Source of the DNA: Candidatus Bathyarchaeota archaeon
Lineage (GTDB): Archaea > Thermoproteota > Bathyarchaeia > Bathyarchaeales > Bathycorpusculaceae
Reading direction: 5' to 3'
NCBI GenBank assembly: GCA_016927015.1
Contig: JAFGNM010000117.1
Span: 29,182-93,181 of the forward strand
DNA: 64,000 bases
Positions 20,360-29,100 of this stretch are shown in pieces. A program made the translations under genes and the position numbers. A model generated the notes under the pieces. That model was given only the letters and a program-made list of their open reading frames with translations, was not told the DNA's origin and ran no database searches. Numbering within the stretch: the stretch's first letter is position 1; each line of letters opens with the position of its first letter.

Positions 20360-20397
20360 TACTAGTAAATTGGGGTTCGAATCCCTTCCCCGGAGCT
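20360..20397 (+). repeat. tRNA 3'-end-like direct repeat (att-like), copy 2
   Basis: attggggttcgaatcccttccccggagct; 28/29 identical to 13021-13049, 35/38 with the upstream flank. Confidence 0.8.
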
Positions 20398-20546
20398 AAT
20401 CTCTATGATTTGGCGCCTATTTTGACAGTATTTTAAAAAGCTCCTTTTATAAAGGGGTGAAAATTCAGAACTTTACCCCTGTGCAAGGGGCAAAACCCTT
20501 ATAGGACCACTTCTTGTCTCTTTGCTAAAGTTTGTATTTGGTTCAA

Positions 20547-22016
20547 TCATCTTGGGACCACGACAAGGAATGGTTCTGGTTCTGCTTCTTTGCTTGCATA
20601 ACACGCTAAGGCTAAAGCGAAAAGCTGATCATCATGCCTGCCCCGTGGATGGCGAAACTTTATGTGTATGCGCTCTTGAGCAGTGTTTGGCTTCAGATAC
20701 TCGTATTGCTGCTCGTTGATTTGAGCGATTAACTGTTTGTCTTCGCCTCGGATGCGGAGCTGTTTTTTCTCCATTAGCAGTTTCATATAGTTCAGCATGT
20801 TTTCCTTCTCAGCGTCGGTGAAGAATACGCCTTTAATGTTTGGAATGTCTAAGTTTTCCAACTCGTCTACTATAGCGTCGCCTATTCCTGTCTTGTCTAC
20901 GTAGATGCCTTCAAGGTCAAGGGTTTGGTGAGTTCTTGCTACATAGGCGATGACTTCTGGGTAAGGCGTACCCAAAGGAAACTCTCGTTTATGCACCAAG
21001 CGGACCAAGTTGTTATCGGTTAGCTCTGCTATGGCTAAGACGCTGTGGTCTACCTGTTTGCCTAAGTCTAAACCAGCAAAGTACTTGCGACGGAGTTGTG
21101 TGGGTTTTACGTGTTCTATGTCTTCGATGTACTGGTTTGGTGAAGCTGGATTATCAAGCTCTGGGTCGATGCAGGTTGCTATGAGGTCCAGTGGGAAGAA
21201 CGTTTGTGTTGATTCTATCCATAGTGCTTCGACTTCTCTTTGCCATTCTTCTCGGGTCATCATGTCGCGCCATTCTGCAAGTTGCTGCTCGCTTACGAGT
21301 GGGCTGGTGTTGCTTGGGTAGTGGTGTACGGAGTAGCGTTTTTGGTCTAGGAAGGCTTTGTGGAAGACGTGTTCGAACGCCATCGGGGTTCCGCTCATGA
21401 TTAGTGCAGCGTTGGGTTTTGTAAGCATCATTAGTATTTCGCTTGTTATCATTTCGCTGGGGATGATGCTTGCTTCATCTAAGAATATGTAGTCCGGGTG
21501 GTAGCCCCTGAGCTTGTTTGGAGAGCACGGCAGCGCCACGAGTTTGCCGTTTAATGGAGATTTAAGCTTGATCGTGGTGCGTGAAGTTCCTGGTCGCTGG
21601 AGCATCTCGCGCATGAGCGGGTTTACTGTAGCGGTGGTGTAGCAGTAGTCAAACATTATCATGCTTTGGCGTTGGGTGCTGCTTATGATGAGGCTTTCGA
21701 TGTCGGGTTTGGTGTAGAGAAGCCAGAGGTTCTTTCGGCTGAAAACAAGGCTTTTTCCCCAGCCTCTTCCGCAAACGGCTACTTGTCTTGGTTGCGGGTC
21801 TCGCAGAAGTTTCTGGTGGTCTGGCGCGTTGATTAGCCATTTGTCGCCGCACATCAGCACTGCGAAGAAGACGGGGTCTTCAACGAGTTTGCGTGTTACT
21901 TCCGTGTGGGCGATTAGCTGTTTGAAGGCTTTGGGACGCTGCTTTAGCCCGCTATATGCTTGGGCTGCGAATGTCCAGTCGCTTAGGACTTTTTGTACGA
22001 AAGCCGCCTCTTCCAT
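20547..22016 (-). CDS. Terminase large subunit (ATPase + RNase H-like nuclease)
   Basis: Walker A CGRGWGKS, LRGYHPDYIFLDEA (Walker B), SGTP, nuclease AGLDLGKQVD, VDKTGIGD, HDDQLFALA. Confidence 0.85.
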   Translation of the reverse strand: MEEAAFVQKVLSDWTFAAQAYSGLKQRPKAFKQLIAHTEVTRKLVEDPVFFAVLMCGDKWLINAPDHQKLLRDPQPRQVAVCGRGWGKSLVFSRKNLWLLYTKPDIESLIISSTQRQSMIMFDYCYTTATVNPLMREMLQRPGTSRTTIKLKSPLNGKLVALPCSPNKLRGYHPDYIFLDEASIIPSEMITSEILMMLTKPNAALIMSGTPMAFEHVFHKAFLDQKRYSVHHYPSNTSPLVSEQQLAEWRDMMTREEWQREVEALWIESTQTFFPLDLIATCIDPELDNPASPNQYIEDIEHVKPTQLRRKYFAGLDLGKQVDHSVLAIAELTDNNLVRLVHKREFPLGTPYPEVIAYVARTHQTLDLEGIYVDKTGIGDAIVDELENLDIPNIKGVFFTDAEKENMLNYMKLLMEKKQLRIRGEDKQLIAQINEQQYEYLKPNTAQERIHIKFRHPRGRHDDQLFALALACYASKEAEPEPFLVVVPR

Positions 22017-22321
22017 ACTCTGAAGTCACGCCTAAAACGCGTGGCGATTCTGGGTTCCACGCCTCTCACGTAGTCGCCTAGGTTTTGTTCCTCAAACTGT
22101 TCTTTATCGCCGTTCTGCGTTACCATCTTATTCAAAGTGTTCACGTGATAAGCGAGGACGCTAGCCGTGCGAAGCCGCTCAGTCAAGGTGAGGTCTGGGT
22201 CTTTCAGCATTTTTCGCAGTTCGTTTATGATTTCCCTTTCCATAAGGATCAGGTCTTCACGACTTAACAGTTTTTTTATTTGATCTTTTTTTCCCTCATT
22301 TTTGTTATTCATAATGTTCAC
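21983..22321 (-). CDS. Hypothetical protein, putative terminase small subunit
   Basis: Small helical ORF directly upstream of and overlapping terL; called on position only. Confidence 0.45.
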   Translation of the reverse strand: MNIMNNKNEGKKDQIKKLLSREDLILMEREIINELRKMLKDPDLTLTERLRTASVLAYHVNTLNKMVTQNGDKEQFEEQNLGDYVRGVEPRIATRFRRDFRVWKRRLSYKKS

Positions 22322-22483
22322 GTGATTGTACCTTGAGTGTAAGTTGTATAGTATCAGCTTAAAGGCAGTTGACGTTATAAGAATTATTGTTATTTTCTAG
22401 TAGTTTTCTAATAACAGTTTTTTAAAATATGTTATTTTTTAAGGTGTGCAGGAAATGTTTTTGGTCGACTTTAGACGGATTGT

Positions 22484-22708
22484 TTATTTTTCTCTGATGA
22501 GTTTCAGGAATTCCTCTTTTGTCAAACCTGCCTCCGCGATGATTTCCATTAGTAATCCTCTTTTTATTTCTCTGTGTTTGGGAACAGGTATTATGTTTTC
22601 GTTTTTGGTGAGAATTAGATGGCTTCCTTTTTGGCGAACAACTTGAAAACCAGCTTTTATGAGAGCTTTTACAACTTTACGCCAAGAGAGCAGAGGGAGC
22701 TTCGACAA
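22484..22708 (-). CDS. hicA: HicA-family toxin
   Basis: GFQVVRQKGSHLIL...VPKHREIKRGLLMEII. Confidence 0.88.
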   Translation of the reverse strand: MSKLPLLSWRKVVKALIKAGFQVVRQKGSHLILTKNENIIPVPKHREIKRGLLMEIIAEAGLTKEEFLKLIREK

Positions 22709-22910
22709 TTACTTCAGCCTTTTCCCCTTTGACCCTGCGACCTAAGAGTTTTGTTTTAACTTCCAAGTAGCCTTCTATTGCTTCCTTGATGTTTTTTAAT
22801 GCTTCTTCCTTTGTTTCGCCTTGTGTTGCTACCGGTAGCTCAAGACACTTGACTATGAAACCGCCTTCTTCAGCAGGCTCCAAAACAACTGTAAACTTGC
22901 GAGTAACCAT
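22677..22910 (-). CDS. hicB: HicB-family antitoxin
   Basis: EEGGFIVKCLELPVATQGETKEEALKNIKEAIEGY. Confidence 0.88.
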   Translation of the reverse strand: MVTRKFTVVLEPAEEGGFIVKCLELPVATQGETKEEALKNIKEAIEGYLEVKTKLLGRRVKGEKAEVIVEAPSALLA

Positions 22911-22984
22911 GTATTTGCACAACCATGGATAAGAGTTTGATGCGGCTATAAGAACTTATCTTAGTGAACTACGATAATATATAA

Positions 22985-23165
22985 TGTTGATGTAGAACCT
23001 TGAGAGTTTATGCAGAAAGTCGTCCCGCTGATTCACAACTTTCTCGTAAGCCCTCGCTAATTTGACTTTCGCCTTAACCCTATTCCGTGAGTCTTTCTTC
23101 TTTCGTGACAGAACTTTGTGCGCTATTAGTATTCCAGAGAGTGTTTATAGAATTTGGCTTGTTTT
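22985..23165 (-). pseudogene. tnpB: TnpB (IS200/IS605 OrfB) internal fragment
   Basis: Manual translation KFYKHSLE /frameshift/ HKVLSRKKKDSRNRVKAKVKLARAYEKVVNQRDDFLHKLSRFYIN. Confidence 0.75.
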
Positions 23166-23212
23166 GTGCTGTGACTTGTAGGGGGACGCTTGCTTGTTGT
23201 CCCGAATTTAGT

Positions 23213-23485
23213 TTATGATTTTTGGATTGTTTTTAGGATGGCAAGAACTCCCGCATTTGCCGCTCTTTTTTCAAGATAATCGTCATCCAGTTTGCCCGCT
23301 TGCCTGACGAGTACGCTTTTCACGTCTTCAGCTTCCAGATAAGCTTGGATTGCTTCCTTGATTCTTTTCATAACTTCATCAAGTGTTTTGGCTTGCGTGT
23401 GGCAACCTGGCAGTTCAGGAACAGAAGCAACATAATAACCCTCTTCATCTTTTTCAACCACTACACCAAACTTCACTATGCTCAC
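23213..23485 (-). CDS. HicB-like protein with unrelated C-terminal tail (chimera)
   Basis: DEEGYYVASVPELPGCHTQAKTLDEVMKRIKEAI followed by EDVKSVLVRQAGKLDDDYLEKRA. Confidence 0.7.
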   Translation of the reverse strand: MSIVKFGVVVEKDEEGYYVASVPELPGCHTQAKTLDEVMKRIKEAIQAYLEAEDVKSVLVRQAGKLDDDYLEKRAANAGVLAILKTIQKS

Positions 23486-23542
23486 CAGATTATATTATGC
23501 ATAAGGAACTATTACTAAAGCATTCCCAAAAAACCAGTTCTA

Positions 23543-23570
23543 TGGCGGGCGGGGAGGTATTTGCACCCTC
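23543..23570 (-). repeat. Degenerate tRNA 3'-end-like fragment
   Basis: Reverse complement GAGGG-TGCAAAT-ACCTC-CCCGCCC-G-CCA. Confidence 0.4.
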
Positions 23571-23728
23571 TGGACTTACGCTTATGCTGGGAAGACTCCT
23601 ACGGGAGAATAGACAAAAGCGGGCGCATAACCATATCCAAACTAACCCTTAGCCCGATGCAGAGCAGAGCACACGACCAACAAAGCTTAACGGGTGCGGT
23701 GATGGAGGTAACGCTTGAGCCTGCATGA
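23567..23728 (+). pseudogene. 3'-half duplicate of the abrB-like gene at 25729
   Basis: PLDLRLCWEDSYGRIDKSGRITISKLTL...LTGAVMEVTLEPA* aligns with PVDVRMSWETFYGRMDKSGRITIPKLTL...LTGAAMEVTLEPT*. Confidence 0.85.
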
Positions 23729-23773
23729 AAAACAAAGAAGACAGCAACAGGCAGGCATAAGGAGAAGTTTTTT

Positions 23774-25387
23774 TCACTGGGTGTGCTTTTTGTCTTGTTC
23801 GTGGTTTGTTCTGAGGGTTGTCATTAGTTTTTCGATGATGTTTAGGATGATGTTGAATAGGCGGCGGAGTGGGCCGAGTGCGGTGAACATTTCGCGGAGG
23901 TTGCTTATGTCTGTTCTGTTGAATGTTTTTGTGAGTATTGCGGCTGTGAGGTAGGTTGGTGTGAAGATGGCTACGCCGATGATTAGTCGTGTGAGGCTGG
24001 TGAAGGAGTTGAGTTGGGTGAGGATGGCGTAGGTTAGTGTTGCGGCTGTGGCGGAGGATAGGAGGATTTTGGTTGATGATTTCCAGTGTACGGTTAAGTT
24101 GTAGCGTTTTTTTATGAAGATAAGTGCTATGGTGATGGCTGGGATGCTTGTGGCTAAGGTTGTGATAATTAAGCCTAGGACGCCGTAGTTTGAGATGAGG
24201 ATGAAGCCGAGGGGGAAGCCTATGGCTGCGGTGATTACGGTTAATATGAGGTTGAAGGTTGTTTGGCCTTGGCCGTTTATGAGGCTGCCGATGCTTAGGT
24301 TGCCCAGTGCTGTGTATAGGTAGGTGATGGCGAGTAACGCGAGGAATAGGGGTGCTTCGGCGTATGTGTTTCCGAATAGTGTGGAGATGGCGGGTTGGGC
24401 GAGGGCCATGATCATGGCTGCGACGGGTACGACGAGGAGGGAGGCGTATTTCACTGATGTTTGGAAGACGTTTTTGAGGGTTTCAGAGTCTCTTTGGTGG
24501 TCAAGTTTTGAGAATGCTGGGAAGAGCATGGTGGTTACGGGCATGGCGAAGAAGGTGATGAGGACGACGAAGTTTTGGGCCATGGCGTAGTTGCCAATGA
24601 GGGCGTCGTCTGGAACGTATATGTACAGGAGGAAGTTGTAGTACTGCGCGAGGAAGCCAGCTAGGATAACGCCGATTGAGAGTGGCAGACCGTATTTTAG
24701 CATGACTTTTACGTTTTGCCCAATCTCCAGTTTGCCTCCTTCTGGTTTGGGTAGCTTCTTGTAGATTGTGAACATGAGCAATACGCCGATTAGTCCGGTG
24801 AGGAGGGTGGCGACTGTGAAGCCGGTGATGGCTCCGTATGTGCCTAAGCCTAGGAGTACGAGTGCGATGATGAGGGCTGTTTTTAGGATGGATTGGCTTA
24901 CGAGCATGATGCTGTTGAGGTGCATTTTTTCGATACCGGTAAAGGCTGCTGTTGCGGTGCTCAATAGCGCGTTTGTTAGGATGCTTAGGGAGGCTATTTG
25001 GATGAGGGGTGTTATGGTGGGGCGGTTAAGAACGGTTACAGCTAGAACGTCTGATAGAAGGAAGCCGATTAGTGAGAGCGCTATGCCTAATGCGATTTCG
25101 AAAATTAGTCCAGACATGAAGATGCTTCGTATGTTGGCGGTTTTATCTTTGGTGTTGCTCTGGGCTGTGTAGCGTGTTATAGCGAAGTTTATGCCCCAGT
25201 CGCGGAACAGCGCGATCATCGTTGGCGCGGTTAGGGCGATGGCGTATAAGCCGTAGTTTTCTGGGCCGAGGAGCAAAGCGATGATTATGGTGCCCGCTGC
25301 CGAGATGACGGTGGACGCGACTAAACCCCACATGACGTGAAAACCGCCCTTAACTGAAACCTTCGCCATGTCTGCTGCCTTACTCAT
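23774..25387 (-). CDS. Wzx/MOP-family oligosaccharide flippase
   Basis: LLGPENYGLY, DWGINFAITRY, IGNYAMA, LFPAFS; about 14 hydrophobic segments. Confidence 0.85.
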   Translation of the reverse strand: MSKAADMAKVSVKGGFHVMWGLVASTVISAAGTIIIALLLGPENYGLYAIALTAPTMIALFRDWGINFAITRYTAQSNTKDKTANIRSIFMSGLIFEIALGIALSLIGFLLSDVLAVTVLNRPTITPLIQIASLSILTNALLSTATAAFTGIEKMHLNSIMLVSQSILKTALIIALVLLGLGTYGAITGFTVATLLTGLIGVLLMFTIYKKLPKPEGGKLEIGQNVKVMLKYGLPLSIGVILAGFLAQYYNFLLYIYVPDDALIGNYAMAQNFVVLITFFAMPVTTMLFPAFSKLDHQRDSETLKNVFQTSVKYASLLVVPVAAMIMALAQPAISTLFGNTYAEAPLFLALLAITYLYTALGNLSIGSLINGQGQTTFNLILTVITAAIGFPLGFILISNYGVLGLIITTLATSIPAITIALIFIKKRYNLTVHWKSSTKILLSSATAATLTYAILTQLNSFTSLTRLIIGVAIFTPTYLTAAILTKTFNRTDISNLREMFTALGPLRRLFNIILNIIEKLMTTLRTNHEQDKKHTQ

Positions 25388-25728
25388 TCTGTATCTTTCC
25401 CTGTTTAATGTGAGCTTGTGATTCAACTGATGTAAACGAAGTGGCGTTTATCGGTTTTGGTTAAAGCATGCGGTTTGGCGTATGCATCTTTCCCGTTTTA
25501 ATAGCGCATATTATTCTCTATAGTTTTTATCTTTTCAACGAGAAGTAGTAGTCCTGTAGCGCTTAGCGCCGACTACTTCTTTTTCAGCTCTCTCTATTTT
25601 TTGTCTGGTTGTGTTTTGGGCTGGTTTGTTGGTTCTGGGTTTGGAGTGGGTTTTTTGGGTGTCGTTTTTTGTCGTGGAGAGTCTTGTGTTGTCGTGTTTT
25701 GTCAGTGTTTATGTGGGGGTTGTGGGTT

Positions 25729-26013
25729 GTGCCGTTGACTGAGGAGGTTACGTTCAAGGCGTGTTTGCAGAAGGGTAATAGGGTTCAGGTGCCTAAAGCC
25801 GTTCGCTGGCGGTTCAGGCTGGAATCCAATCAGGTTCTACGAGTGATGGTCTGCCCAGTGGATGTGCGGATGAGCTGGGAAACCTTTTATGGGCGAATGG
25901 ACAAGAGCGGACGCATAACCATACCCAAACTGACGCTCAGCCTACTGCAGAACAGAGCACGCCAGCAGACCCTAACGGGCGCGGCTATGGAAGTAACACT
26001 TGAACCCACATAA
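25729..26013 (+). CDS. Tandem AbrB/MazE-like DNA-binding protein
   Basis: Two swapped-hairpin motifs, LQKGNRVQVPK and MDKSGRITIPK; GTG start; GT-rich leader with repeated TTGTC(G/A). Confidence 0.7.
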   Translation: MPLTEEVTFKACLQKGNRVQVPKAVRWRFRLESNQVLRVMVCPVDVRMSWETFYGRMDKSGRITIPKLTLSLLQNRARQQTLTGAAMEVTLEPT

Positions 26014-26170
26014 AAAACCTAAAAGGCACTAAAGACTTATCGACGCAGCAGGAGTACGTTGCCTTCACCCTTCTGCGGTTTTCAAATGAAGCTGCAAGGT
26101 TTTTTAGAGGCGCTAAAGCATTTCGCCTCTCAATTGCGCCAAAGCCTAGTCAACAGGTAAAGGCTTGCTC

Positions 26171-29100
26171 TTAAGCGCGTTTACGCCTTTTTTTAACAGC
26201 GTACACGGACACGCCAAGGAAAAAAATCACGTTGAATGCCACATTGTAAGAAGAACTCAATACTTCAACCCAGTTAATAGTTGGCTTAGATGTTGTTTCA
26301 TCAGCAAGGTTCAGAACAGTTCCTTCAGCTTTAAAATTTGAAAACATTGTTAGGGGGTAACTGATGTATAGAGTGTCGAATTTTACGTTACCTCGAATTT
26401 CAGCTTTCTGTTGGACAATACCTTCGAGCGGAACGTAAAGAGCAGAGTGCACATCAAGCTGGTCAAAGATGATTGTTCCAGAAGCGTTTATTGAGGGTAA
26501 TCTGGCATATATGGACAGCCCGCTGGTTTTGAATGTGAAGGAAACTGGCACATCAGAGTTATAAACGACCTCGTCATCTGCAACTATTAAAGCGTTCTTG
26601 TCAAGGAGCACTTCGCCTTCGATAGGATAACTTTCGGGTTTAATCAGCAGATATGATTCTGAGGGAGAAACTATTAACGTTGCGTTTTTAATCACCAAAT
26701 TGGTTTTACCGCAAATTTCAATTTCTGTAAATTGGTTGACTGAAAAAGGCGAGTTCGTCAAGTTTATTGTACCTTGCAACTTTAAAACATCCGTCTCGAG
26801 TTGTAAGTCACCTGTTACCTGCATGTAGCCAAAAGCTGAGTTGTACACTGGAAGTGCGTCTATCGGGGGGTAAGAGTAGTTTAGAGCTAAGAGGTCGTTG
26901 ACTTTATCTAAAAATTCTGTTTGCAATATTGCGGATTCGGTTCCAGCAGCTAACATAGGAAATGAGTTTACATAAAGTACCTGTCCTAAGCCGATTTGGG
27001 TCACGGACAGGAGAGGTGAGGAGTAGTTTATGCCTGTCAAACTCGCGAAGAAACCGTTTCCATAAGTGTTGAAAACAATTAAGGTATTACCAGCTGAAAC
27101 CCATTTTGAAAGGCTTTCAACAGGAATTGACGGGTCAGATGGTAGCATAATGTGCGTGTATTGATTGAGGTACGCATCCAGATTTTTGAAAGAAGTTTCA
27201 TCTACGTAGAGAGCTGAATAATTTGTGTGACGAAGAGAAACAAATAGTGAGGGTAAAACGTCCTCTTCTAAATAGAGTTCCGATGATATTTTTATGTTTT
27301 CGATTTGTGCGGAGGCAAAGGTTTGGGACGGTGAATTGTTGCGTGTCTCGACTATGGCCTCTATTCTCGTTATTATTTGGTTATCAGGTAAGGGGTATGA
27401 TTTTGTTGTGAAAGTTGTGTCGGCTAATTGTCCTTGGTAGAAAAAGAAACGTTTAGAGGCGTTTTGAATAATAATTGTAAACCAGGTGTTGTCGTTGTCT
27501 ACTTTGTATCGGAAGGATAAGATGGAATTTTTAGTTTGCAGGTTCAGAGGATACGAATAACTCACCCATGTGTTTCCGCTCTGATTTGAAAGAAGGTTTA
27601 TGTTGTAAACGTTTCCGTCAGAATACGCGTTACACTCGGATATATTTCCGTATTTTTGGTAGAATTCCCAATCTTTCATGAAAGTATCATCGTCAAACGT
27701 TGTTGTTGGAGCTGAAAACTGTATGAAATCCATATACGCCTGTGCGGTTGTCTCTATTGGTGCTTCATTAACGGTTTCCACAATAACTTCGATTTTGGTG
27801 ATAGTCTGGTTTTCGGGAAGAGTAAATCTTTTTGTTGTGAAGTCGGTGGCAGATAAGTGTCCAGAGTAAAAGAATACGTGGTCTGTTGAATTCCTTAGCT
27901 GAAAGGTAAACCATGCTAGATTGTTTTCCACATGGTATCTGAAGGAAAGCGTTTGGTAAAATGTGGTATTTAGAGAGAGTCCTGAACTGGACCAACCTGC
28001 CCAAATGTTACCTGTTTGATTCGAAGTTACTGATGTAGCCATGATTCCGTTGGAAACCTCTAGTTCGTAATCGCTAATGTTTCCATATTGCTTAAACGCG
28101 CTCCACCCTTGTGTGAAGGAGTCATCTATCCATGTTGTATTCTCAAGGTTGGAAATTGAAGGAGCGAAATTTAAAACGCCGAGGGATGCTTCTTGTGATG
28201 GCGGGGTTAAAGATGGAACTTCGTATATAGTCACATGATCGTTTTTCATAACTGTTGGAAAATATTCAAAGAAGTAGCCTAATGTATTTGAGTTCAGAAG
28301 GTCAGCATCTCTTTGTGCAATGTAGATGTACTTAATGTTAGATGAGCCTAGAATGTAGTTTATTATGTATGGGTTAGATGTTGAGAGTAGAAGTTTAGAC
28401 CAGCGTTGGGCGTCTTGTACAGCGTTCAACCCTGCATAGTTTTCGAGGTTATTGGCTGACTCGGTGGTGAAAGTCAGAACGCTTGCGTTAGTTGGAGTAT
28501 TTTGTTTAATGTAGTCGAGAGCGGAAGATTCGTCTTGTGTTATTTGGTTATTTATGGAGTAATAGGACGCATTGGCGTAGAATAAAGTAGTGCTGATCAT
28601 TCCAGAAAGTATGAGAAAGCCGAGAAGTGCAGATGCAATTATCTTACTTTTGGGTGATTGCTTTACTTTGTCTATAATCTTTGTAAAGCCGTATGCCGCT
28701 ATTATACAAGCACCGATAAAAATCAGGGTTCCATATCTGTAAGCAGGATAATAGGGGTAGTAATTAGCTGTTTGCTCTAACAAGAAACCTGTTGGAATTA
28801 AAATAAGGAAGAAAAGCAATGCTTTATTTTGTATAATTTTCTTGAAATAAATGATGATGGAGAGGACCGCTAATAGACCCACTGCGCCAAGCCGCACAGG
28901 CAGTACAAAAAACGGTGTGAAAGTTAAACCGCCCCATGCCCAAAGATTAAAATCGTTTACGACTGTGAGCCAAATTATAAAAAGGAGCAGGTAGGCATAT
29001 AATAAAACCCACCTTAAATACATCCAGCTTTTTCCCAACTTTTCCAAGAAAGAATCCTGAATATTCTTTGAAAAAAGAAGTGCACACCTATCTTTCGCTA

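Noticed and set aside
13050..23500. Complete provirus, or a DGR/retron
   Set aside because: No portal, capsid, tail, integrase, replication or reverse-transcriptase genes are recognisable.
26105..26170. Short hairpins between convergent genes as terminators or ncRNA
   Set aside because: Stems are only 6-7 bp with no clear U-tract or second copy.
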